From Anthoceros angustus (Eukaryota > Plantae > Anthocerotophyta): a stretch of DNA of 64,000 bases. The notes beneath the pieces are model-generated. The model searched no databases. It saw only the letters and a list, made by a program, of their open reading frames with translations, and was not told the origin of the DNA. The position numbers and the translations under genes were made by a program. Below are positions 11,874 through 23,308 of this stretch, piece by piece. Location: contig VJWM01000119.1 of NCBI GenBank assembly GCA_010909165.1, forward strand, positions 434,001 to 498,000, read 5' to 3'. The stretch's first letter is position 1; every line of letters starts with the position of its first letter.

Positions 11874-12125
11874 CTTGAATATAATTTCACGAATAAGAAA
11901 GTTATGTATATTAGAAAAATTTCACTGGATATTGTATATATTTGTAGGACCAACACATATATAGTGCAGCCTTTTAGGCTTAGCGTAATCCCGAGAATCT
12001 CAAAGGGCGCCACAAAGGCTAGATTTTCCTGCGAAGTCGGCAGCTGGGAAGCTATGAAACTGCAGTGGAGCCTCTCAGCATCTTTTTCGATTGGTTCAGA
12101 GCGTTGAGGTGTGGCAACTGTGTCC

Positions 12126-14190
12126 GGTTTGAAGGAGATGAATTCGTGAGTGGCATACCCGAGTCGTTCGGAAACCTAGCTGCTCTCCAAGAGCTACGGC
12201 TGGGAGGGTTGTTCGATTTTGCATCAAACTCGTTTGTCAAGACCAAGATTTCTGGAAGCCTACCTGCTTCCCTCGGCAAGCTCACCAGGTTGCAGGTATG
12301 ATGTGACAAAGATCAATCTCGATCAATGCTCTAAGCTTCCCGTTTGTGTTTTCTTTGAATCCCTCCACCTTGATTCAATCGCTCAATCTTTCACGTCTTG
12401 TTGTTTGTGTTAAAATCAGGTAACTGGTCATCCGATCCACCTCCATGTCCGGCAGCATCCTGCTTCCTTGGCCAACTCCGTTGCCGCTCACGGATCTTGT
12501 GCTCAGCTTCAACCCTCTCATCGGCCCCATCCCCTCCAGCCTGGGGGCAAACGGGCTTCTTGTAAACCTGGACCTCAGCGACAACAAATTGAGCGGATCA
12601 ATTCCTGCTTCCCTGGGAGGCCCTGGCAAGAAGCTTCTTACTTTCTCAGCTGCAAGAAATTCCCTCAAGGTCGAGATTCCGCATCCACAGGCACCGCCCT
12701 GAAGTTCAAACGTTGGCAATGCGTGGTTCTGCAACAAACTGTTTCAAGAAGATTTGCTTCTGGCCTTTTGTTCTCGATTCTGAGATTGTGAGTCTCTGAT
12801 CTGGTTGGTTGATGGAATGTGTCCAGGGCCGATTCCAGACTCGCTTTCACAACTGCATCTGGCCGCGCTTGATCTCTCCTTCAACCAGCGCTCTGGTGCA
12901 ATTTCGAGAACCTAGGGTTTGCGATCACGGAAGGCGAGCGGAGCCTGGACCTTTCCCACAACCAACTGACGGGCCGCCTGAATCCTCCATCGCTGTGGGG
13001 CGTGCGGGACGTTCTCCTGGCCCGGAACCAGCTCACCAGCCCGGGCGCGGGGAGCATTCCTGACGATGGAGTCACGGGCCAGCAGTTGCAGACTTTCGAT
13101 GTCCATTCCAGTCTGCAGGAGCCGTTCCCAAGTGGGTGTTCCAGGTGTACGAGGCGACACTCATCGACATCTCGGACAACAAGCTCACCAAGCTCCCGGC
13201 TGGAATTCAGGGAGCGCGGATGAGCGTCTCGTATATCAACTGCTCAGCGAACGCCAATACAGGGCAGATTCCTGAAGCTTTCGCGCTCACCTCTGGTCTG
13301 AATTTCCTGGACTTGCACGTGGATCTCTTGAGCGGCTCCATTCCAGCAGGGTTCGGGTCAGGAGTCGCGCAATTCATCAACGTTCTGAACTTTGCCGAGA
13401 ATCAGCTCACGGGCCCCATACCCTCCAACATCCTCAGCGGCTCTTTCACCAACGCCATCACGGGGCCCATTCCGGCGCGACCATCCAACCAGGATTTTCT
13501 CAACTACGTGGATCTCTCGGACAACCAGCTGAGCGGGCCCTTCCCTGCTTCCCTCGTGGCGGGCGCTCCCTTCCTCAAGAAGATCAAGCTCAGCTGCTGG
13601 AGTGGATCTCACGGCCTGCACCAGCCTTGTCGTCTACGACGTGAGCGGGAACCTTCTGTCTGGCCCGATTCCGCCTGCTATCGCCTCCTTCACAGCACCG
13701 GCTTCTCGACCAGTGGTTGTGAAAGGCCACCTGCCAGCATCTGTCCTCTGCCACTCAGCTGACACCTTGATTTCCCCTGTCTGCAGGCTCTTCAGGTTCT
13801 GGATGTGAGCCACAACGGCATCACAGGCAGCATCCAATTGCAAGCATTCCTCAACAATCTCCATGCAATCCGAATCTTGGACCTATCATCCAAAAGCTCA
13901 CAGTAGTCTACCACTGCCCGGCCTCGTGTCTGGCTTCACTGCGCTGAAGAGTGCAGGTAGCGCATCCGACAGCGTTGCAGGAGCAACTCTGTACACCGAC
14001 GGGTTCTTCTTCCCCCAAGGCACTCAGTTGTCCAAACCCCAACAGAACTTCTTTACCACCACGAGTGCCCTACATCTCTGATTATAGCATCAAAGGCCCC
14101 ATCGACTCGTCTGCCGGCAACCTCAAGGGGCTGCACATTCTGGACCTATCTCACAACAAGCTGTCGGGCCCAGTGCCGGCCGCACTCTGA
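12126..14190 (+). pseudogene. Degenerate LRR gene paralogous to 1086-3441, lacking 5' exon and last LRR
   Basis: GIPESFGNLAALQELRLGGLFD..LPASLGKLTRLQ|gt has the same intron position as the first gene. Also LGANGLLVNLDLSDNKLSG and GSIPDDGVTGQQLQTFDVHS. Many frameshifts. Confidence 0.8.
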
Positions 14191-14226
14191 CGTATAGTAA
14201 CTTCACTGGTGGGCAATTTCACCTTC

Positions 14227-14261
<35 letters not shown>

Positions 14262-14505
14262 CTAATAACTTGAACCAGCTGAGAAAAAGCCGGAATGGGT
14301 AGAATCTCCATCACTTCACAGCCTGGAGTAACTTAAACCTGTTGAGAAAAAACCGCAAAGGGTAGAACCCTGGAGTTCAAGTTACTTTTATCTTCCTCAT
14401 CCGTGACATTCATGTCAACTTCCCATCTCTTATCTTCCGAGCTTCCCGTAGAATGGGATAGGTTTGAAAAAAAAAGAGAACATGCGTCACTATCAAGTGA
14501 GATAA

Positions 14506-14577
14506 GGGGCATTGCGAGAATCGAACTCGCGACCTCTTGCACCCTAAGCAAGAATCATACCACTAGACCAAATGCCC
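14506..14577 (-). tRNA. tRNA-Pro (anticodon AGG)
   Basis: GGGCATTTGGTCTAGTGGTATGATTCTTGCTTAGGGTGCAAGAGGTCGCGAGTTCGATTCTCGCAATGCCCC folds as a cloverleaf. There is a CAA at -3, a TATA-like element about 25-35 bp upstream and an oligo-T terminator at 14467-14475. Confidence 0.97.
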
Positions 14578-14843
14578 TTGCTGCTACCGAATGAGTGGTT
14601 TTCATATATAATATGTTTTTGCAACTCAGATAACCACTATTCCTCATTCATGTATCTGCGTGGTTGGGTTGTGGGTCGTCGCCAACAATTTCCAACTTTG
14701 GTAGTGAGGAGTTTTGAACCACAGAGCGATATCCGCGGGCTGCAAGAGTTGACAACTGGCTGGACCTGGTCGTCCTCTGATGAGGGTTCCTATCCTTAAA
14801 TAAGAGGCATGCAGAGAAACTGGCTAGAAAAGCAAGTTAGAGT

Positions 14844-15762
14844 TCACCCCTCTGCTGCCCTATTACTCTTGTGCTTAACAGGTCGCCTCTTCAAGGTCAC
14901 TACATCATCGTCTAGGGCGGTGGTCTTCTTCATCGCAGTGAGCAAATTCCCATCGGTCTTCTCCCCTGGAATTACATGCTCAACAGGCAGGTCCATAGAC
15001 ACATACTTCTTTATTCTCCAGGATATGAGAATTCCGGAGAGAATGCCAATAGCTGGCAAAACGTACGACAATGGACCTAATGCTTTGCCACCTCCAGCTC
15101 CCGTTGCTGCGCTGGTCAAGCTCCCAAAGGAGGCATTTTGCAGAATCATAGGAAGGCCGCCCACCAGAGTGGGCAACAGGAAATCCACACCAAATCTCAC
15201 ATCCGTAGCTGCGAGAGCATAGTTGATGATGTAGGAAGGGATAGGAGAGAAGCGGGCCATGAGCACAAACCTCCACCCATCTTCAGCCACACCTTTATTG
15301 ATGATGCTGAAGTACTTGTTCTTCCGAACCCAAGAGCTCGCAGACACCGAGCTTCTGAACAAAGTCCTGTTCCACTCAAACAGTGAGACCATGGAAACTA
15401 CTTTCACACACAAGAACCCACACCAAATCCTGACCAGGACAAGAAACCCACCGCCCAATACAGAACGCCAGAGCCGCGCCCGTCACCTTGGCGCAGAACA
15501 CACACGTCACTCCCCTGAGAAACCCGAACAGAAACGACGCTGCAGCCTCGAACCCAATCGCGTAGGGGAAGCAAAGCGCAATTGCCACAGAATGCACCAG
15601 CACAAACACCGGCATCGCCCACGGGCCTAACTTGGCAGCCAAACCATGAATACCCTCCACCACCGCCTTCGGATCTCCCCCGAAAGCTTGCGAAACTGCC
15701 CAGTACAACGCCACTGTTCCAGCTACGAGTAACCCCACGGACAACTGCACAGTGCGAGCCAT
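14844..15762 (-). CDS. TVP38/TMEM64 (VTT/DedA, SNARE-associated Golgi) membrane protein, 2 exons (15762-15452, 15366-14844)
   Basis: AASFLFGFLRG..GAALAFCIGR|TLFR..GWRFVLMARFSPIPSYIINYALAATDV; an 85-bp GT-AG intron restores the frame. Confidence 0.85.
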
Positions 15763-16237
15763 CTCAAGGAAACCGAAAACTCTCACAAGCTTCAAAACCC
15801 GTGCACCCTAGCCCCGTCACCCCGTACCCTGCTCCCAGAGGCCCAACCCAACAAGTGGCCTGCCCGATGTCAAGCATCCCCAGCACAGGCAATGGGAAAG
15901 ACCTGGATGTGGGACCACGGAACGCAGGACTTCCGCAACCCCCGCTTTTCTCCCACGAAAGAGAAGCAATGAATTCCAGCCCAACCAACTGCATACAAAG
16001 CTCACAGCTTTCCACACCAAGATCCCAACTGCAACCGTAATCGCATTCCACTGGCATATGTACCAGGGATGTCAGGACTCCGCCACTTCACCCTGATGAG
16101 CCGAGACGAGCCGAAACGATTGACCCAAACCCTAAAAAAGCGGACCGAAGGTTCCGCCTGTATAACGTAGTTCTAAAATATATTATCCTCATTTTTGAAA
16201 ACATAAATCTGCTTCCATCTAGCAATCTGGCATGGAT

Positions 16238-16389
16238 GGCGATGGCGGTTGTGTTTTGTGGGCGATGGCGGTTGTGTTTTGTGGGCGATGGCGGTTGTGT
16301 TTTGTGGGCGATGGCGGTTGTGTTCTATGGGCGATGGCGGGTGTGTTTTGTGGGCGATGGCGGTTGCGTTTGGTGGGCGATGGCGGGAT
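16238..16389. repeat. 23-bp minisatellite (ggcgatggcggttgtgttttgtg) x~6.5
   Basis: Direct inspection. Confidence 0.9.
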
Positions 16390-16859
16390 GGGTTCCTAAC
16401 AGCAATATGAATGAAGTACAGTACTCTGGGCAGAGACCATGCGCAGTGACCTTTCGGACATGTCCTGTCTTCTGGTGGAGGGATGCAGATCAGGACACGG
16501 AAACGAAGCCGCCTCGAGGCGGGTCTTCGCTGCTGAAGGAACATGGAAGGAAGCCATGGCTTCCTGGCCATCTGCAGTCACTGCCGCCCATGGACTGCAT
16601 TTCACATATAAACACGCTGCCGAAGCAGCTATTACACACCATCTTCTTTGCTCCACTCCATGCTCTGGAGTCCTGCATTGCGTCCCACACATGTGTTCGA
16701 TTTCCATCACAAGATGGCCAGCTCCAACGCATCGGTTGTTCTGTGTGTTCGATGTTGGCAGCCAGCAGCCTGGTGGGCGCCGTGCAAGGTATTTGTTCTT
16801 CCTGATTCTTACCATCTGAGCTTATTCTAACCATGTTTGTTTGTTTGTGTGGAATGGCT

Positions 16860-17313
16860 GGCTGCTACGTGCAGATCCAGAACCACTGCACCTACCCCGG
16901 CAGGGGCGACGCAGACTCTCGACTTCGGGTCTGCCTGCAGCTGGCCGTCGGCAACAGTCTGGGCGTCGGTGAAAGGCCAGTGCGTGGCGACCGGGGGGAA
17001 CTCTGCCGCCGCCAACGACAAGAACCAGGCCAACCTCGCGGAGTTAAACATCGCCAGCCCGACTGACTTCTACGATGTGAGCAACGTGAACGCGTACACC
17101 TTCGGGATCCAGATCCAGCCCGCCGTCAGCAGCTGCGGCGCGCCCTCTTGCTCCATCTCCAACATCGCCTCTTTCTGCGCCGCCTGCCCGTCCGCCTACA
17201 GCTACAACTACGACGACGCCACCTCCACATTCACTTGTGGTCACGGGAACCATTACAATGTCGTCTTCTGCCCTGCGCAGACCGTGCAGGGATTGAAGCA
17301 TGCCGACATGTAG
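16860..17313 (+). pseudogene. Thaumatin-like (PR-5) protein, truncated/frameshifted
   Basis: IQNHCTYP (other frame), LAELNI..DFYDVSNVNAY and CPSAYSYNYDDATSTFTC...YNVVFCP. No signal peptide is seen. Confidence 0.8.
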
Positions 17314-17785
17314 GTTATGTCCGAACGAGTTCACCACCTGTGAACATTGGCTCGCAGGGTGTGATGTCTATCCACTGTTGCAGTGCCTGGAGAGAAGGAA
17401 ATAAACCTGGAGGCACCCTGCCTTGTAGTTCCTTCAATCTAGCTGTAACAGTTCTGTGGAAACATGTCGCAAATTGCAACCACTGATGTTGGCCAAGAAG
17501 ATGTTGCATATTGCCTCTTCAAAACATGTTGTACCCTCTTTGGCAGGGATGCTTGCCCATCTCCCCGCCAAATCCAAGAAGTCTGGATCAAAGCATTTGA
17601 GGAGGGACACCTGAAGCAAAGTCTTGGCATCTGTAAAGTTTTCGGATGTGCAAATGCCGAGACTTTTCACAAGAATGCTAATTTGTAGTTCGATGACATT
17701 GCAGCGTAGGAACGCCTTGATTAACGGATTTCAAGGCTCACTTTGTCTCTCGTGCCAAGGGGTCCATGGTCGTCAAGAAGTCCAT

Positions 17786-17888
17786 GCCATAGCCGCATGC
17801 CCATGCCATGGCTCCAAGCCCATGCCATGGCTCCAAGCCCATGCCATGGCCCCATGTCCATGCCATAGCTCCATGCCCATGCTCATGT
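17786..17888. repeat. ~19-bp degenerate minisatellite (catgccatggctccaagcc)
   Basis: Direct inspection. Confidence 0.75.
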
Positions 17889-18643
17889 TGCGTCGTGAGA
17901 TTGAGAGCGGTGAGAGTTGAGCAAGTCTCTATGTGGAGTGAACTTATTGGCGAGGTCTTAGACCACTGAGAAGCCAACATTTCCCTGTCCTTAATTGGCT
18001 GCATAGTAAGGGGTGTTACTAATAGGACTATTTTTAAGTTATTTTTTAGACGAAAAAATTGTAGAATTTAATTTCAATCGATATTGAAAGTTTTTTAAAT
18101 TCAAAATATTATGAAGGAATTTAGCTTCCTCCCGCATGGGAGGATCCCGGCGATATGGGCATCGGGAAGAAGCTATGGCATGAGGAGGCCATATGGACTC
18201 GGGAAGCGCATTCCCACATGGTGGGCCCCACTGCTTAATGCGGCGTCTTCATTGAGTAGATAAGATAAGACGAGTTTAAATTAAAGCTGAATTGAATCAA
18301 ACACTGGGATAATAAGTACAATGCCACCATGCATGCCGTTAGAGCGCCTTGGGAAGCGTGGAGTCGTAACTTCATGCGTCTGACTATGTACGTAGCTACC
18401 ATGCCACCTAACGCTAACGCCAGCATTCCAGCATTTATTAGGTTAGTTAACGAGACAACCCGGTTTTGAACGAGGCGAGAGCTTTTAGGCGAAGTGGCGT
18501 GCTGCCACAACAAATCGGACCAGCGATCGCCCCGGCCCTGGAGGCTGGCGTTGCCGGGTTGCTGTGGTCTCACAGCACATTCCCGGTGGGTTACTGTCTT
18601 CTACAGATTACGCCAGGGGCCCTAGATCCTTGAGGGAGCAAGC

Positions 18644-20092
18644 ATGTTCCACATGGACTCACGGCGCCAACGCTGCGAGTATGAGGGCTACGAGGACTGC
18701 GAGGAGTTCGAGTATTCCAGTGAGAATACTTGCGGGTGGGAAAGCGAAAGCGGAGGCTCCTCAGGAGTAATCCCCAGTGAGGAGGGTGTGGAGTTCCCAG
18801 AAAACGTGGAGTTCCCTGTCTCTTGGGCAGCTGAGGCAGAGGTGCGCACCAAGTATAATACCCACTTGATGCTCTACCTGGTTGGGGAAGAGCATGCATT
18901 TGGTGACGACTACTGCTCTACCAGAGCAGCAGGCACTGGCACTTTGGTGGGTTCTTCGGTCTGTCAGACATTGCCGGGGGCATTGGTGGAAGAAGTGCTG
19001 CTGTGGTTACCTGCGGCAGCGCAGGCCCGCTGCCGAGCCGTGTGCAAGGCTTGGCTTGCCATGCTCGCAAATCCAGAGTTTCTCCGGCGGAGCTTTCTCC
19101 AGTCACTTTCGCGGAAGCCTCCTCCCATGTGTGCCGTGACGTTGCATCATCACGATGATACCGGTGAGCCACCCTCGGGGAGGAGTGTGCGACCGCTGCC
19201 GTATAAGGCCTTGAAAGTGGATCTGTCAGCTTTCTTGCCAAAGGTGTTCCAGGGTTCGCGCAGATGGGTGGTTCGTAGCTGCTTACCGAGTGGTTTGATG
19301 TGCATGATCCGTCTCGTCGACGAGGGAATGCATGTGTGTGTGCTAAATCCAGTGAACCAGAGCTTCAAACTTTTGCCCGTGCTTGAGAGGCTTTGGAGTC
19401 GTGATGTTGTCCTGCTGATGGGAACAGAAAGCATGAATCCCAGCTTCAAGGTTTATGTGCCTAATATCTGGCCAGCTAACAACGCCCCTCGTCCTGTCGA
19501 CCGTGAATTGTTTAATGACGTTGCCATCTACAGCAGCATCACGGGTGAGTGGAAAGGCTTCGGCTTCTTAGGTCGTCCTGAAGGGGGGGCGAATATGCCT
19601 GAGCTGCCGATTGTGGCCTGGAAGGGAGACGTCTACGTGGCGGTGCACACTGGTACTTACCCGAGGCTGGTTCGGCTTAGCATGGAGAGGGGTCCACGGT
19701 ACCCATGGGATCTGCCATTACCCAATTTTGAGGACCACCTGTACGAGGACGAGCATTGGTCAGCCGACCTTCGTCTGGTAGAGCACCGTGGAAGACTGTT
19801 GTGCTGCCAAGGTGGTATTTGGATGTTGGACGATGCCAGGGAGCTGTGGGTCCAGATTGCCGAGAGGTGCCCGCCTGACTTACTGCCACCTACCACTCCA
19901 AAGGAACTGGTATTGGGAAAGGTGCAGGTTGCTGGAGATCTCGTAGTTTTCTTTCATCGGGTGCTGCTTGACAGCGGCGGCTTGGATCGTCCTGTTGCTT
20001 ACGACATGGTTGGACGGTTTTGGCGAAAGCTTCCCCAGTCTATGGCTGAAGTTGGGAACGTTTTCGAACCATGCCCACATTTGAGGCTTTAA
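18644..20092 (+). CDS. F-box protein with kelch/FBA-like C-terminal domain, intronless
   Basis: F-box LPGALVEEVLLWLP....RCRAVCKAW..ML.NPEF, followed by GLMCM...VLNPVNQSFKLLP and IYSSITGEW. Confidence 0.85.
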   Translation: MFHMDSRRQRCEYEGYEDCEEFEYSSENTCGWESESGGSSGVIPSEEGVEFPENVEFPVSWAAEAEVRTKYNTHLMLYLVGEEHAFGDDYCSTRAAGTGTLVGSSVCQTLPGALVEEVLLWLPAAAQARCRAVCKAWLAMLANPEFLRRSFLQSLSRKPPPMCAVTLHHHDDTGEPPSGRSVRPLPYKALKVDLSAFLPKVFQGSRRWVVRSCLPSGLMCMIRLVDEGMHVCVLNPVNQSFKLLPVLERLWSRDVVLLMGTESMNPSFKVYVPNIWPANNAPRPVDRELFNDVAIYSSITGEWKGFGFLGRPEGGANMPELPIVAWKGDVYVAVHTGTYPRLVRLSMERGPRYPWDLPLPNFEDHLYEDEHWSADLRLVEHRGRLLCCQGGIWMLDDARELWVQIAERCPPDLLPPTTPKELVLGKVQVAGDLVVFFHRVLLDSGGLDRPVAYDMVGRFWRKLPQSMAEVGNVFEPCPHLRL

Positions 20093-21000
20093 GTTTAAGA
20101 TCCAGAGCCCTGGGCAAGCTGCGTCTAAGCATTGGGCTCACATTTTTTGTTGCTTTGTGGAGAGGACTAACTTCCAGTAGGAATGGAACTTGTGGGAAGT
20201 GTGCTAAGGCAGTTTTTCAGCACGAAATGTAGGAAATCTTGGCTGCAAGACTACTTTACGACTTGTAGGACAAGTAGGACTGTCCCCAAATTGTGGGAAA
20301 GCCCCTTAGAGCATGTAGGCCTGTCACAGCAGCACCGAGACTTTTCACTCTTCGTTGTCGACTACCTTCTGATGCACAGTCTCATCAACTTGGCAACGAC
20401 GGCGGGCCCGTACAGACTTGCGACCTTAAATCCCATGTGCTGTATGCCTCTGGCGTTTCTGTGACTGTATGATGAAACCCTTTGATGAAATCGTTCCTAT
20501 ACATCTTACCCTGCAATTTCATCGAGCTACATATCAGCACTCCTGTGAAAAGTCTTGGCATTGGCACAGCCGAGATCTGTGCAAATGCCAAGACTTCCAT
20601 CCAGCGGACAGTCCCTCCTCACATGTCTTGCTCCAGATTCCCACATCTGGACTTTTTGGATTTGGAGGGGAGATGGGCAAGAATCCCCCGGCAAAGAGAT
20701 TGCAGCATGTTTTGAAGGGGCAGTAATGGGGTTGCAACATCACAACCCTGACCTTCTTCCACCTCAATTGCCGGAGCTGTGGCGGAGCGGTCCTGGAGAT
20801 CCGATGATCGTGGGCTGGGATGTGATCTCAGATCGGAGGGCTGGGATAGGATCTGAGATCGGAGGGCTAGGATGTGATCGCGGCCTTTGCGATGGTAGTC
20901 ACGTCGATGGTAGTCACGTCGATGCCCGGCTGGTTGCCAGCTGGCCAAGCAGCCTGTCCACGTGGACGCCTGACCACCAAACTCACGTAAGCTGGCAAAA

Positions 21001-21370
21001 ACCAATTACCAATTACCAATTACTAAGTACCAATTACCAATTACAAATTACTAGTTACCAATTACCAATTATCAAACTCGCATAGGCGTGGCTAGAACGT
21101 TACTCGTCCAGGGAGGAAAGAAACCAGGGAGTTTATAACCACCAAACTCACATAAGCTCGCAAAAACCAACGACCAAACTCACATAAGCTGGTTAAGAAG
21201 CGAAAATTGCATGTAGCTAAGCTGGCAAAAGCCAGCGACCAAACTCACATAAGCTGGCTAGGAAGCAAAAATTGCACGCATACAAGCTGGCAAAAGCCAA
21301 CGACCACACTCACATAAACTGGCTAGGAAGCGAAAATTGCACGCATAAGCTGGCCAGGGAGCAAAACTTA
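21001..21370. repeat. (ACCAATT)n heptamer run followed by ~60-bp tandem repeat (accaaactcacataagctgg...gcgaaaattgca)
   Basis: About 10 heptamers at 21001-21070 and about 4 longer units at 21140-21370. Confidence 0.85.
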
Positions 21371-23308
21371 CACAATGGACTTCCTTCCATACAAGCTTCC
21401 CACATCAAGCCAACTTGTTGCGAACGCATTACCACTATGCTATGAAAGCTCACTATCACCACGCTATGAAAGCTCTGGTCTTACAAAAAAATTATGCTTT
21501 TATATGGAATAATTATATGAATTTTAATTTTTTAAATATTGACGAAAGAGTTTGTCACTTGCGGTAGGTCTTGCACTAGGGAAACCTGTGGTTTGAGTAG
21601 TGGATGGCGTTCTCATGTTTCCGATGGCTTCAATCTTGGGGTTCAACGTGACATGCTTGGTGGACAAGATTTGATGGAAGCTCTAAACAAGATGTAGGAG
21701 ACATTGTTAGAGGATGCTTGATAGGACATTCACTACCATGATAAGTTAAGGGAATGCTAGGGATGCATGGCCAAATTCAAGGTAGAGAAATTGCCGATTG
21801 AGCCTATTGTCAACTAAACTTTGAAGAAATGGCTAAAAATAATGTGGCAAAAACATATGGTGTGGATAATCTTCCAACTAGAACAATACAAAGACAATGG
21901 TCTTTAGAATACTCTACAACTGAGTAGCAGCAAGAATTATGATCAAAATAATATCAATGAGAAATGTTAAATATTTAAAATAATTAATATTTTGAATCAC
22001 ATACTTTATGTCAACCTCATCGTATACCTCTTTGTGAATATTTGAATAAGATAATAGTAGAACATATATGCTCGACGACTGTAACAAGTTTTAGGTGCTT
22101 CCACCAATTGCTTCGATAAGTAGAAAATAAATCATCTATCATGTGAACAATATTTGGGTACTTTCATTTTGTGGACATGACTTTGAATATGAAATATGGG
22201 TATTCTACTTATTGTGGCCTCTTGGGTCTCTCCCAATCTGTTCCTTTTACTTTACTTTAAGAAAAGGTGATCTCACGTAGAATGTATCACACCAGGGGTA
22301 TTCCGACGTGCCTTATGCAAAGGACAATATCAACCAGCAAGCAACCAATAACGCAAGTGTTAGAATATTTAGTTGTTTCCACCTCTCTAACTATGACTTT
22401 CAATATAAAACTTGGCTATTCTACCTATTGTGACCCTTCTATTAGATACCCTACATACCCATCCTCAGTCACTAATAATTGTTCTTTTCTCTTCGGACTT
22501 GCAGAATTATATACCTATACACATCCAGTACAAAAGAAATACATACCTATATAGGTATAGCTATATATGCATGTAGATTTGATTCACACTGATTGTCCAG
22601 AGGAGAAAATGTGGCGGTTTTTGAAGACGTCTCCGTCTCGGTGTGGAGACCCTGGGACACTGGCAGCGGGTGGGTTGGTTGTCGGTTAGCGTTCACATGA
22701 AACCGAACTCGGGCAACGACCCGTTCCTCGCTCTCGGCCGTCCGGATGGCTGATGGCTGCCGCCGGGGGAATTTCTGGGCTCCTCGCCTTCGCCTTCGCC
22801 TTCGCCCTTCAGCCGGTGCCTTGTCCCCACTACTGCTTTGTGCAGACAGCTGGAATGAGGGCTTGTCGACTGGACAGTAGGTTTCCGACACCGGACAGAC
22901 TCTAGTCCCGGCCGGGTGGCTGGGTGGCTGGGTGGGCCGTGGAACACGCAATTGACATGACTTGACGTGCTCTTCCTCCTCTCCCTGCACCTGTACCTCT
23001 GGCCCAAGCCACACGACCACATCCCACAATCCTCAACAAGATTGCACGCCCGGGGCTCAAAGAGACGTCTCAGACTGGAGCGGAGCGCGCAGCCCCGCTC
23101 GCTCGGATGAATTCAGTTACCGGCTGGTAACCATCCTGGAGCGGGCTAGCGCTGTTCCGAACTGCCATGCTCCCGGGATTCGATCCCCGCTTGATGGCTT
23201 CATGCGTCTCTTGTCTGTAGTTGGCTTCTGCTGTTTCCAGAATTTCGTTGCGGAGCAGTCGAGAAAGATGCAGACCTGGCCACGGATGCTGCACGGTTTG
23301 AGAGACCC

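Larger units (their letters stand above)
5680..12125. repeat. Tandem segmental array of three [LRR-tail + SRR1-like] units (~5680-7930, ~8665-10815, ~10816-12125)
   Basis: Colinear homology with many substitutions between units, plus unit-specific inserts at 6616-6912, ~7930-8660 and ~10125-10197. Confidence 0.85.
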
